Shown here: in pieces, positions 19,758-29,369 of the stretch
How positions within the stretch are numbered: the stretch's first letter is position 1
How the letters are laid out: every line of letters begins with the position of its first letter
Origin: a candidate division WOR-3 bacterium
GTDB taxonomy: Bacteria > Hydrothermota > Tepidihabitantia > Tepidihabitantales > Tepidihabitantaceae
Reading direction: 5' to 3'
DNA: 64,000 bases
Assembly: GCA_039801085.1 (NCBI GenBank)
Contig: JBDRTY010000001.1
Span: 236,354 to 300,353 of the forward strand
The notes under the pieces: generated by a model
What the model saw: only the letters and a program-made list of their open reading frames with translations
What the model was told of the DNA's origin: nothing
The model's database searches: none
Made by a program: the position numbers and the translations under genes

Positions 19758-21236
19758 GACCCGGCGCAGCGGCCGGTCTGCAGTTTTAAGGAAGTAGACC
19801 CCGGAGGAAATACGAACCAGCCAGTTCAGACCGGGGGAGAGCTTCGCCACTTTTCTCCCGCTCCGGTCCAGAAGCAGACCGTAATCAGGGACAGTAATCA
19901 CTGGCAGACGATAGATTGAGGGCTGGAGCCTGGTGCCCGGCTTGCGGTCCGGAAGGTCCGCCACCGCGGTAAGAAACCGGGGTTTAAGCATGCCATCGCC
20001 AATAAGGCACATCCCGTAAAACCAGGAGCGTTCCCAGGGTTCAAAACCGCCCTGTGCCTGAGAGGTGAACCAGTCTCGGAATGCGAGTGCCAGCGGCTCA
20101 CCACCGGCAAGGGGCAGATAGAAGTCCTGAAACTCGAGCATCGAGCCGGTTTTGGTGGAGCCGATTGCCGCCAGCCCGGATGATGACTGAAACACATACC
20201 TGCCACCGCAATACCCGGTTTCCACAAACCGGACATTGGAGCAGGCAAACAGGTTGTAAAAGCAGGCTTCAGGATTAATGCGCGGTATCGATTCGCCGTA
20301 GAACCAGTCCCAGCTCTGGCTGTGGTTGTATTTCATCGCATGGCCTCCGGGCCAGGAATGAGCACACAGCTGAATCCACTGATAGGCGGCGGTGTCAATC
20401 CTTGGTTTGTAGTCCCGGACCCGGGTCTGCTCCGAATCGGCGACAAACACCCGCTCCGGATACAGCAGGCCGACATGTGAGTTCCATTCTCCTGCCCAGG
20501 GTGTCCAGTCGTCATCAATATAGGTGAGCGCCCGGTCCCGGATCTGGAGTCTGCCGGTGCGGTAGGCGTGGAGGCGGGCGAGATACTGCTGAATCAGACT
20601 GATATCCGGGCTGATGGTTGAGATGTAAATCCGGGAAATGCCGATCTCCGGCTCAATTGCACCGTAATGGGTGTCATGGATGCGGTCTGAACCGGGGACA
20701 AGTGAGTCCAGCGTATCCAGTCGGACCAGCGTATCCAGCCAGGTGCCATCCAGATCCATCAGGAAGAGATCACAGGGAAACTCCTCGTAGTGCTCATCCG
20801 GATCCCGCCTGCCGTTGCTGTTCCAGTCGTCAATGAGCTGAAACCAGGGCACCGGCAGGTTGCCGATCAGAATGGCGGCGGTCAGACTGGAGTACTGGTA
20901 TTCCCGTACGAAAAAGGCACGCAGTGACTCCGGGCTGGTGCCGGTGATGGCGAAGGCGGCAACCGAGTAGCCTTCACCGGTCAGGTCCGCATAGAGGGTG
21001 TCAAGCCACGGATTCAGGGCGCTGACAAGTGAATCCTGAATCAGGATATCAACCCGCGGGTCAAACCGGCTGCCGGCACCGGCAAGCGGTGAAACCTGCC
21101 ATCGGTCGGTCAGGGGCTGGCGGGCAACGAACTCCTGATAGCTGAGCGGTCTTGATGAGTTTGGGCTCAGCCAGCGCAGGACCGTAACTTCAGGAGGAGC
21201 CATCAGGATGAGCAGGGTGGATATCAGAATTTGCAT
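19743..21236 (-). CDS. Peptidase C25 (gingipain-like) family protein with CTD-like tail
   Basis: LIGNLPVP, PEIGISRI, putative His/Cys dyad (CAHS...LFACSN), AAIGSTK, LIGDG, C-terminal SSGVYFLK. Confidence 0.7.
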   Translation of the reverse strand: MQILISTLLILMAPPEVTVLRWLSPNSSRPLSYQEFVARQPLTDRWQVSPLAGAGSRFDPRVDILIQDSLVSALNPWLDTLYADLTGEGYSVAAFAITGTSPESLRAFFVREYQYSSLTAAILIGNLPVPWFQLIDDWNSNGRRDPDEHYEEFPCDLFLMDLDGTWLDTLVRLDTLDSLVPGSDRIHDTHYGAIEPEIGISRIYISTISPDISLIQQYLARLHAYRTGRLQIRDRALTYIDDDWTPWAGEWNSHVGLLYPERVFVADSEQTRVRDYKPRIDTAAYQWIQLCAHSWPGGHAMKYNHSQSWDWFYGESIPRINPEACFYNLFACSNVRFVETGYCGGRYVFQSSSGLAAIGSTKTGSMLEFQDFYLPLAGGEPLALAFRDWFTSQAQGGFEPWERSWFYGMCLIGDGMLKPRFLTAVADLPDRKPGTRLQPSIYRLPVITVPDYGLLLDRSGRKVAKLSPGLNWLVRISSGVYFLKTADRPLRRVLLLH

Positions 21237-21269
21237 AACTGATTATAATCATCAGCTTAGCGCAGTCAA
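21237..21269 (-). promoter_or_regulatory. Leaderless promoter of the C25-like gene
   Basis: TTGACT-16nt-TATAAT-5nt-ATG. Confidence 0.75.
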
Positions 21270-21449
21270 AGCGGGTTGTGTGATTGCTTAACCATCTTCA
21301 TATCAGATGAGGAAAGCCTTTTTCTCTTTTGGAGACCGGAATGGTAGGACTCTTTTCCTGGGGCTGAGTCCTTGGCATGATTTTCCTTGACAGGTGTGTG
21401 TGTGATTATAATAGGTTCGCCCCCGGTTCCGGACCCGGGGGTGAAATGA

Positions 21450-21944
21450 GTGAAGATGATGTACCGGAGATGGCTGGTGACTGTGATGCTGGCAGTCACC
21501 GCAATACCTGTGGGCAGTGTGGTTGCTGATGACGGGTTAAACCCAGAGGGGCTGTTTCTTGCGGTGTTTAATGCTGATGGCTCCTATGCGGATCGCAGCT
21601 ATGTTGCTGCCTACATTTATGACATCACCTCCACCGAGCCCGCATCCCTATATGTAATCGGCAGCACGGGACCTGGAGAGGGTAATAACAACATCGGGCC
21701 CACCTACAATATCTGCCGGTTTGCCCGTGGCGGTGCGCTTCCGCCCGGTGATGCGATCCCCTGTGATGCCTGCTATCGCTGGCGGTTCTATGCCTGGAAG
21801 GTGATTAACGGCACCACCTATTACAGCAACTGGAGCAAGGAGATGCGCTACTCTGCGCCCGACCATCTGTATGACAGTGACAATCTGTATCTCACCCGGA
21901 CTGCGCCACCGGAGCCGATACCGCCCTACTATGCGAATGAGTGA
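21450..21944 (+). CDS. Hypothetical secreted protein (164 aa)
   Basis: Clear signal peptide; stop overlaps the next start (ATGA); no family recognised. Confidence 0.7.
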   Translation: MKMMYRRWLVTVMLAVTAIPVGSVVADDGLNPEGLFLAVFNADGSYADRSYVAAYIYDITSTEPASLYVIGSTGPGEGNNNIGPTYNICRFARGGALPPGDAIPCDACYRWRFYAWKVINGTTYYSNWSKEMRYSAPDHLYDSDNLYLTRTAPPEPIPPYYANE

Positions 21945-23548
21945 GGTCGGAAATGGGCTTGGGGGAGCGGACTGGCTGGTGGTCAGGAAGGTTGAGCAGG
22001 CTGGTCCTGCTCCCCTTGATTTTCTGTCCGCTGCTTTGGGCACAGGTCTGGATCCGGACCTTTGACGGACCGGCGCACGGGCGGGATATATTGTATTGTC
22101 TTGATATTGATCCGCTGGGAAATGCAATTGTAACTGGTAGTACCAAGATTGTACTCGGGGATGATACCGTGTTAGCAGGTTTGACATTGAAGTATGATCC
22201 GGCAGGTAACCGGCAGTGGGTGCGGATTCAGGACAATAATACTTGGCTGGCGCTGGTGTGTGATGGTCAGGGCAACGCCTATGTTTCCGGCTCTAACGGA
22301 ATTGGCAAATACTATGCCAATGGTGAGCTTGCTTGGTTCTGGGGCAATCGGGTGAATGGCAGTGCTATTGCCCTTGACCGCAGGGGTGATGTGTGTGTTA
22401 CCGGCTTTATTACCGAACCGCCGCCGGTGTGGAATCGTGCCGTCATCGCCAAGTATGACACGGCAGGACGGCTGCTGTGGATGTGGATTGATTCCTTAGG
22501 CTCCCAGATGTATGGTCTGGCACTGGATACACTGGACAACATCTATGTGGTTGGTTCCGATGCCAAGAGAGGTCCGCCTCCCCGGTGGCGGATAATGAAG
22601 TTCAGTCCGGAGGGGCGACTGGTCTGGGACCGGGTTACCAATACTCCCGGGGGTGCGATGAGCATTGCGGTCACTTCTGGTGGAGAGGCGTATGCGACGG
22701 GTGAATACCGGACGGGCACAGAGCCGGAGCGGATTGTGACGGTGAAATACTCGCCGGATGGTGAGGAGCGGTGGCTGCGGTATTATGACGGTCCTGGCTG
22801 GGACTGGGGATATCCGGTCAAGCTGGGTCCGGATGGGTGCTGTTATGTTATCGGTCCGAGTGGCACTCAACCCGGACCCTGGCCGCTGTTTGACTTTGTG
22901 ACGATTAAGTATTCACCGGATGGTGAGGAGTTGTGGGTTAAGCGGTATGACGGGTCGGGCAAGGATGATATGCCGTTTGGGCTGGCGTTTGACTCCAGTG
23001 GTAATATCTATGTTGGTGGCTGGAGTCAGGTGCCGGCGGATTCGGTCAATTACAAGGCGGACTACACCCTGCTAAAATACGATCCGGATGGCAACCTGCT
23101 CTGGGAGGCGCGCTATTCCGGTCCGGATAATCTGGGCGGGTGCATCTACTCAATTGCAATTGATCGGGATAACTTCGTTTACACCGCCGGCAATATTTTT
23201 GTCGGAGCGCGGCCGCTTTACAGCTATGATGCCTGCATTATCAAATACCTTACGACCGGGCCAGGGATGGTGGAGCCGGGCACAGGCAGGGCTGGCAGGT
23301 CGGCACTGGTGCTTAGTCCCAATCCTGCCCGGTTCTGGTTTATGATTACCGGAGCCAGCCGGGTGGGAAATGTCCGGCTCTATGACATCGCCGGCAACCG
23401 GTTGCGGGTTTATGAGCGGGCAGAATCGGGGTGTTTTCCCCTTGCGGGTTTGAAGTCCGGGGTTTATCTGGTGAAGGGCGATACCCCCGAGGGTGAGTTT
23501 ACTCGGAAACTTGTGGTCAGACAAATTTGGGATAATCAGATCAAGTAA
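21941..23548 (+). CDS. SBBP-repeat beta-propeller protein with T9SS-like CTD
   Basis: Repeated D..GN.YV.G...KY.PDG..LW blades; C-terminal LKSGVYLVK...RKLVVR. Confidence 0.8.
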   Translation: MRSEMGLGERTGWWSGRLSRLVLLPLIFCPLLWAQVWIRTFDGPAHGRDILYCLDIDPLGNAIVTGSTKIVLGDDTVLAGLTLKYDPAGNRQWVRIQDNNTWLALVCDGQGNAYVSGSNGIGKYYANGELAWFWGNRVNGSAIALDRRGDVCVTGFITEPPPVWNRAVIAKYDTAGRLLWMWIDSLGSQMYGLALDTLDNIYVVGSDAKRGPPPRWRIMKFSPEGRLVWDRVTNTPGGAMSIAVTSGGEAYATGEYRTGTEPERIVTVKYSPDGEERWLRYYDGPGWDWGYPVKLGPDGCCYVIGPSGTQPGPWPLFDFVTIKYSPDGEELWVKRYDGSGKDDMPFGLAFDSSGNIYVGGWSQVPADSVNYKADYTLLKYDPDGNLLWEARYSGPDNLGGCIYSIAIDRDNFVYTAGNIFVGARPLYSYDACIIKYLTTGPGMVEPGTGRAGRSALVLSPNPARFWFMITGASRVGNVRLYDIAGNRLRVYERAESGCFPLAGLKSGVYLVKGDTPEGEFTRKLVVRQIWDNQIK

Positions 23549-23703
23549 TTTACCTTCCTGCCATTCTGAAGCCAGATTTTGAGGAGACCCCACGGTTATT
23601 CCTTTCCGAGATGAGGTTTCAGTTCCAAATCCGGTCCGGTTTCCAGTTAGGTCGCGTATCATGGTATTAGTAGATTTATTCCGGTTTGGTATTATAATTG
23701 GGC

Positions 23704-25869
23704 ATGCGCCGGATTGTGTTCGGATTTCTGATTGCCGGCTGGGTGCTGGCTGAGCCGGTGCGTATCGGTCTGGCGCTTTCCGGTGGAGCTGCCCTTGGTC
23801 TTGCCCATATCGGTGTGCTGAAGGTGCTGGAGCGGGAGGGGCTGGATTTTGTCGGAATCTCGGGAAACAGCATGGGTTCGCTCGTGGGCGGGGTTTATGC
23901 TGCCGGCTACAGCGCGGCTCAGATTGAGAGCATTGCCCTGAGCGTTGACTGGAACCGGCTTTTCTCCTCTCAGCCCGCCTATGGCGCCCAGTATCTGCAG
24001 GAGAAGCAGCAGGTGGAAAGGTATATCCTGCGCCTGCGACATAACCGGTTTCTGCCCTATCTGCCGGGCGGGCTGATTTCGCTGCAGAATGTTGAGCTTC
24101 TGCTTAACCGGCTGCTGGCTGAGGTTGAATTTAATACCGGATACGATTTTGACCGGCTGCCAGTGCCCTACCGGGCGGTGGCGGTGGATATCCGGGCGGG
24201 CAGGAAGGTGGTCCTGAAGTCGGGCCGGCTGGAGCAGGCGATCCGGGCAAGCATCGCCATTCCCGGGGTTTTTTCGCCTGAGGTAATTGAGGGCCGGGAG
24301 CTGGTGGATGGCGGGGTGCTGGATTATCTGCCTGTGACCGCACTGGAAGATTTTCAGCCCGATTTCATCATTGCGGTTCTGACAATGCGGCGTCAGGAAT
24401 CTCCAGATCAGAGTCTGCTTGATGTCGCCTCCCGGAGTATTGATCTGATGAGTATTGCCAATGTTGAACAGGCGCGGCAGCGGGCGGATGTGGTGATTGA
24501 GCCGGATGTTTCGAGGTTTCTCCATTCCGATTTTGCCCGTGCCCGGGAGCTGATCGCTGCCGGTGAGTCAGCAGCACTACGGGCGTTGCCGGTGATCCGG
24601 GAAAGGCTCAGGGGTAGGGTGCCGGTGCGGAGCAGAAACCGGATTGAACCCCGGTCCGTGCCGGTAGTGCGGCGGGTGGTCTTTGAAGGTCTGAAGCGGA
24701 CCCGGCGCTCGCTTCTTCTACCCTATCTTCGCACCCGGGAGGGTGTAAGGCTGAATTTCGGTCTGCTCCTCGGGGATGTGGAGCGGCTTTTCAATACCGG
24801 GCTGTTTGAGGATGTGAATTTCCGGTTAGGAGAGGTCACCGCGGAGAGTGCCGATGTGATCTTCGAGGTCAATGAGCGGCCGTTCGGGTTCTATGCGTTC
24901 GGGGTGCGCTATGATAATTATGATAATGTGGTGGTCGGGGCTGAGGTCGGGGAGGAGAATATTCTGGGTTTCGGCGCTACGGTCCGTGCCGGCGGTGTGG
25001 TCGGTAATCCGAATGAATTCCGGCTCGGGGTTACCGGCACACGGATTTTCCAGCTGCCTCTAGGATACCGGATTGACGGTTACATCAGCTCGCTGAGCCG
25101 GAGTCTCTGGGAGCAGGGGCGATTTGGTTCGAGTTACTTTGTCCGGGTGCGGGGTGTGGTGACCGAGGCGGGCTACAGCACCGGCAGAAACGGGTTTTTC
25201 AATTTCGGCGCCCGGGTGGAGCGGATCGGTTATGAGGGCATGGCGGTGGAGACCCTGCCCAGTGGCTTGCTTGCCGGTCTGCGGGCAAATCTGGAGTTCA
25301 ATACCTTTGACCGGCTGGAGCTGCCCGGCCGGGGTCTGGGGTACCGGTTGAGCGGGTTTTACTCCAGCCCGAAGGTGCTGAGCCGGTTTGAGTTTCTGAA
25401 GGCGGAGTTTGCAGATGAACAGGTTGTGCCGCTGTCTGCCCGCTGGGCACTGCGCTGGTGGAGCGATATCGGGCTGGTGCTGGGCAGACCGCCGTTCAGT
25501 GAGCAGTTTCTTTCCGGTGGTGAACGGTTTGCCGGTTTTGCGCCCGAGGAGTTTGTTAGTGAGCAGCGGTTGATCGCCGGTTCGGCACTGCGCTGGCGGG
25601 TACTGAACCTGCTGAGCCGGGATGATTATCCGGTATATCTTGAGGCCGGGGTTAATGCCGGAACCTTTGCCCGGCCGGATTCGCTGCTGTTGAGCGACCG
25701 GGTTTTTGAGCAGCTGCACTGGGGCGCCGGTTTCGGGGTGATGACGAACACACCGGCAGGGCCGCTGAAGCTGATCGTCGGACTGGGCAACTTTTTCAAG
25801 CCGACGCCGCATCCGGGCGGGGTGCGGATTTACCTTTCTCTGGGCAAGGAGTTCCGATACCGGCGCTGA
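23704..25869 (+). CDS. Patatin-like phospholipase + POTRA + BamA/TamA-type barrel (PlpD-like)
   Basis: GGAALG oxyanion hole, GNSMG nucleophile, DGG, POTRA-like segment, barrel ending IYLSLGKEF. ATG 23704 lies 5 nt after TATAAT (23693-23698). Confidence 0.85.
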   Translation: MRRIVFGFLIAGWVLAEPVRIGLALSGGAALGLAHIGVLKVLEREGLDFVGISGNSMGSLVGGVYAAGYSAAQIESIALSVDWNRLFSSQPAYGAQYLQEKQQVERYILRLRHNRFLPYLPGGLISLQNVELLLNRLLAEVEFNTGYDFDRLPVPYRAVAVDIRAGRKVVLKSGRLEQAIRASIAIPGVFSPEVIEGRELVDGGVLDYLPVTALEDFQPDFIIAVLTMRRQESPDQSLLDVASRSIDLMSIANVEQARQRADVVIEPDVSRFLHSDFARARELIAAGESAALRALPVIRERLRGRVPVRSRNRIEPRSVPVVRRVVFEGLKRTRRSLLLPYLRTREGVRLNFGLLLGDVERLFNTGLFEDVNFRLGEVTAESADVIFEVNERPFGFYAFGVRYDNYDNVVVGAEVGEENILGFGATVRAGGVVGNPNEFRLGVTGTRIFQLPLGYRIDGYISSLSRSLWEQGRFGSSYFVRVRGVVTEAGYSTGRNGFFNFGARVERIGYEGMAVETLPSGLLAGLRANLEFNTFDRLELPGRGLGYRLSGFYSSPKVLSRFEFLKAEFADEQVVPLSARWALRWWSDIGLVLGRPPFSEQFLSGGERFAGFAPEEFVSEQRLIAGSALRWRVLNLLSRDDYPVYLEAGVNAGTFARPDSLLLSDRVFEQLHWGAGFGVMTNTPAGPLKLIVGLGNFFKPTPHPGGVRIYLSLGKEFRYRR

Positions 25870-25877
25870 GCCGGATT

Positions 25878-26555
25878 TCAGTCGCGGCTGCCCGGACAGG
25901 CGCGGACACACAGCCCGCAGATGAACTGATGGACAAAGTGCTGGCGCTGAAATTCCCTGAGTTTCTCAAAGCAGGCTTGATGATCAAACTCCTCGGGTTT
26001 TTCCCGGATCGCACCCGCAGGGCAGATCGAGATGCAGTTGCGGCATTCACCGCAGTCCCGGTTGAGCGGTGTGCCCGGCTCCAGTTCCAGATCGGTGAGG
26101 ATGGTGACGAGCCGGACCTGAGCACCGTATTCCGGGGTGACGAGCAAATTGTTTCTGCCCAGCCAGCCGAGCCCGGCCTCAATTGCAATCCGCTTGTGGG
26201 AGAGGTGCGCCCGTTGGTTCTGCCAGTCAACAAACTGGGAGGCGGGGATAGGCAGGGCGCGGTAGTCGTTGTGCTGAAGCCAGATGGTGATGTCAAGGGC
26301 AATCCGGTCGAGGGTGAAGTTGACCTGGCGGTAATGATGTTCGTAGAGCAGATCCGGATGATCAGGCAGGGCCTCGAGGATTTCGCGGGCGAGCCGGACC
26401 CCGAGGACAATCGCATAGGGCAGCCGGTCAAGCGTAGTGCGGGGAAGAAGGAAGTCGTCGGTCCGGATTTTGCGCAGGTCGGCAACGCCGATGAGCGCCG
26501 CACCCCGGGCGCGGGCAAGTGATTCCAGTTCGGTACGCAGGCGAATCAGGCTCAT
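25878..26555 (-). CDS. QueG / epoxyqueuosine-reductase-like cobalamin-4Fe-4S protein
   Basis: AGLGWLGRNNLLVTPEYGAQVRLVTILTD, CGECRNCISICP, CGLCVRACP. Confidence 0.75.
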   Translation of the reverse strand: MSLIRLRTELESLARARGAALIGVADLRKIRTDDFLLPRTTLDRLPYAIVLGVRLAREILEALPDHPDLLYEHHYRQVNFTLDRIALDITIWLQHNDYRALPIPASQFVDWQNQRAHLSHKRIAIEAGLGWLGRNNLLVTPEYGAQVRLVTILTDLELEPGTPLNRDCGECRNCISICPAGAIREKPEEFDHQACFEKLREFQRQHFVHQFICGLCVRACPGSRD

Positions 26556-28447
26556 TCGGGCTCCTTAACGATTATATTCGTTGCCGGTTTTTTATCAAGA
26601 TATACCGTAAGGGCAAAGATGGCTGCCGGCGTTATTCCCGGAATCCGCTGTGCCTGACCGACCGATGCGGGTCGGATGCGGCTCAGTTTCTCGCGGACTT
26701 CAGTGGACAGCCCTGGAATCTGATAGTAATCGATGCCGGGAGGAATTCGGATTTCCTCCAGCTCCTGGAAACGGGCGACCTGCCGTTTTGTCCTTTCAAT
26801 ATAGCCTTCATATTTGACCTCAACCTCAATCAGCTCCTGAACCGGCAGGGGCAGCTGGGGTGCGGATTCGGTCAGCCGGCACAAACTCTGCCAGGTAATT
26901 TCGGGCCGGCGCAGCAGTTCTAGGGCTGAAGCCGGTTCCTGAAGCGGAGCGGTTTTGATCTCCTTAAGGATCCGGTTGACCCGGTCTGAAGGTCTGATCC
27001 GGCAGGTGCGCAGCCATTGCATACCCTTCTGGAACTGCTGATTTTTTTCCTCGATCTTGCGGAAGCGCTCCGGGCTGACTAGTCCCAGCTCATAACCCTT
27101 CGGTCCGAGCCGGAGGTCGGCGTTGTCCTCGCGCAACAGCAGCCGGAACTCAACCCGGGCGGTAAACATCCGGTAGGGTTCATCGGTGCCCTTTGTAACC
27201 AGGTCGTCAATCAGGACCCCGATATAGCCATCAGTCCGGGAGAGAACAAAAGGCGGTTTGCCTCTGACCTTCAACACCGCATTGATGCCGGCAACCAGTC
27301 CCTGAACCGCCGCCTCCTCGTAACCGGTCGTGCCGTTAATCTGACCGGCAAAGAAGAGGTTCCGGATCAGCCGGGTCTCCAGGGTCGGGTTGAGTTGGGT
27401 CGGGTCAGAATAGTCGTGTTCAATCGCATATCCGGGCCGGAGCATCCGGCATTCCTCCAGACCCGGGATGGAGTGGAGCATCCTTTCCTGAATTTCCACC
27501 GGCAGTGAGGTGGAGATGCCATTGGGGTAGCATTCGATCGTGTCGGTGCCTTCGGGTTCAATGAAGATGTGGTGGCGTTCCCGTTCAGCGAACTTGACCA
27601 CCTTGTCCTCAATTGAGGGGCAGTAACGGACGCCGCGGCCCTTGATCACGCCGGTGTAGAGCGGGGAGTATTTCAGACCCTTCCGGACAATTTCGTGGGT
27701 TTTGGGGGTAGTATAAGTGAGATAGCAGACCGCCCGGTTCCGGAGCGGCTGTCCGGTCCAGAAGGAAAACGGCCGGGGTGGCTCGTCACCCTCCTGTTTC
27801 TGCAGGACATCAAGCCTGACGGTGCGGATGTCAAGCCGGGGCGGGGTGCCGGTTTTGAATCTGCCGATCCGGAAGCCCAGTTCCTGCAGGTTCCGGCTCA
27901 GAAGGTTTGATGGTGCCTCGCCCAGTCTGCCGGCGGGAAAGCTGACCAGTCCGATGTGGACCAGCCCGGAAAGGAAGGTCCCGGGCGCAAGGATTATCGT
28001 TCTGCCGTAGAACTTCTCGCCGGTTTCGGTTTCAATGCCGATGGCGGTTTTTCCCCGGGTGAGAACCCGGGCGCAGGTTCCCTGCCGGAGAAAGAGGTTT
28101 GCGGTTTTTTCCAGAACTGAGCGCATGAGCTGGCGGTAGAGCTGACGGTCAACCTGAACCCGGGAGGAACGGACCGCTCTGCCCGAACTGGTGTTCAGCT
28201 GGCGGAAGTGAATGCCCGCAAGGTCGGTCACCTGTGCCATCTGCCCACCGAGCGCATCCAGCTCCCGGACGAGCTGTCCCTTGCCGATGCCGCCAACCGC
28301 GGGATTGCAGGACATCAGAGCAATAGTGTCCAGGTTCTGAGTTAAAAGCAGTGTTCTTATGCCCAGCCGGGCACTAACCAGTGCCGCTTCACATCCCGCA
28401 TGGCCGGCACCGACCACGATGACATCAAATTTTTCCGCCGGCATCAC
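26552..28447 (-). CDS. mnmG: tRNA uridine-5-carboxymethylaminomethyl modification enzyme
   Basis: VVGAGHAGCEAA, MSCNPAVGG, KTGTPPR, RYCPSIEDK, AGQINGTTGYEEAA. Confidence 0.98.
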   Translation of the reverse strand: MMPAEKFDVIVVGAGHAGCEAALVSARLGIRTLLLTQNLDTIALMSCNPAVGGIGKGQLVRELDALGGQMAQVTDLAGIHFRQLNTSSGRAVRSSRVQVDRQLYRQLMRSVLEKTANLFLRQGTCARVLTRGKTAIGIETETGEKFYGRTIILAPGTFLSGLVHIGLVSFPAGRLGEAPSNLLSRNLQELGFRIGRFKTGTPPRLDIRTVRLDVLQKQEGDEPPRPFSFWTGQPLRNRAVCYLTYTTPKTHEIVRKGLKYSPLYTGVIKGRGVRYCPSIEDKVVKFAERERHHIFIEPEGTDTIECYPNGISTSLPVEIQERMLHSIPGLEECRMLRPGYAIEHDYSDPTQLNPTLETRLIRNLFFAGQINGTTGYEEAAVQGLVAGINAVLKVRGKPPFVLSRTDGYIGVLIDDLVTKGTDEPYRMFTARVEFRLLLREDNADLRLGPKGYELGLVSPERFRKIEEKNQQFQKGMQWLRTCRIRPSDRVNRILKEIKTAPLQEPASALELLRRPEITWQSLCRLTESAPQLPLPVQELIEVEVKYEGYIERTKRQVARFQELEEIRIPPGIDYYQIPGLSTEVREKLSRIRPASVGQAQRIPGITPAAIFALTVYLDKKPATNIIVKEPE

Positions 28448-28481
28448 AGCTGATTTTAGTTTCTCCTGAGGGAAATGTCAA
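28448..28481 (-). promoter_or_regulatory. Leaderless promoter of mnmG
   Basis: TTGACA-17nt-TAAAAT-5nt-GTG (ATG 3 nt further). Confidence 0.75.
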
Positions 28482-28509
28482 TCAGCCGTCTCTTGGGTGA
28501 TATTCAGAT

Positions 28510-28537
28510 TTGACACCAATCGGGTTCAGGTTAAAAT
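28510..28537 (+). promoter_or_regulatory. Promoter of the barrel/nucleotidase operon
   Basis: TTGACA-16nt-TAAAAT, 9 nt before ATG 28547; no Shine-Dalgarno sequence. Confidence 0.65.
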
Positions 28538-28546
28538 CGTTTAACC

Positions 28547-29365
28547 ATGCGGACGCTCTTGCCCCTGTTTATATTGCTGGGAATGGCGGTAATGCCGGTT
28601 TATGCCCTTTTTGAGGAAAATGCATCTGGAGTCCGGGCAGAGGGGATGGGCGGCAGTTTCTGTGCGGTGGCGGATGATCTCAGTGCGCTCGATTTCAATC
28701 CTGCGGGGCTTGCCTTTGTCCGGGAGAGACAGTTTCAGAGTTTTTACAAGCTGCTTTACAGCGGGGTGGGGGTGAATCTGCACACATTCCATGCCGGTCT
28801 GGCACTCCCCCTGAGCCGGTTCGGTTGTCTGGCAGGGCGGGTCCAGGAGACCGGTTTTGAGCTTCAGTCCCAGCGTTCGCTCAAGCTTGGACATGGCTTT
28901 TTACTGGCAGAGGGACTGGCGTTCGGTTACGGAATAAACGGCTATAATCTCGTTCAGCAGGAGCTGGGTTCCGGATATGCCTTGGGCCTGGATGTAAGCC
29001 TCTTTGCCCGGATTGCCCGTTACTGGACCGTGGGGTTTTATGGTCATAATATCAACCTGCCGAAAATCGGTTCTTCAGAACTGCCGTCAGTGCTTGTCCT
29101 GGGACTGGGGTTTTCTCCCCGGCAGGGCATTCAGTCATCGCTGCAGGTGAGCAAGGAGCCCGGGATGCCTACCAGAATTGCTCTGGGGCAGGAGTTTGAG
29201 GTTGTCTCCGATTATCTTATCCTGCGTGCCGGTGTCCAGAATGAACCGGTCCGGTTCGCCTTCGGACTGAGTACCGGTTTGCGGCGGGTCGGAATTGACT
29301 ATGCGCTGATCACCCATCCGGTTCTACCCTTTACTCATAACTTCGGACTGCGGGTGAAATTTTAG
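28547..29365 (+). CDS. PorV/PorQ-family (FadL-fold) outer-membrane barrel
   Basis: Signal peptide; family signature RAEGMGG...ADDLSALDFNPAGLA; ends FGLRVKF. Confidence 0.7.
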   Translation: MRTLLPLFILLGMAVMPVYALFEENASGVRAEGMGGSFCAVADDLSALDFNPAGLAFVRERQFQSFYKLLYSGVGVNLHTFHAGLALPLSRFGCLAGRVQETGFELQSQRSLKLGHGFLLAEGLAFGYGINGYNLVQQELGSGYALGLDVSLFARIARYWTVGFYGHNINLPKIGSSELPSVLVLGLGFSPRQGIQSSLQVSKEPGMPTRIALGQEFEVVSDYLILRAGVQNEPVRFAFGLSTGLRRVGIDYALITHPVLPFTHNFGLRVKF

Positions 29366-29369
29366 CCTG

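Noticed and set aside
13496-23548. CRISPR-like or tandem DNA repeats
   Set aside because: The periodicity is at the protein level (propeller blades); there are no identical DNA repeats with spacers.
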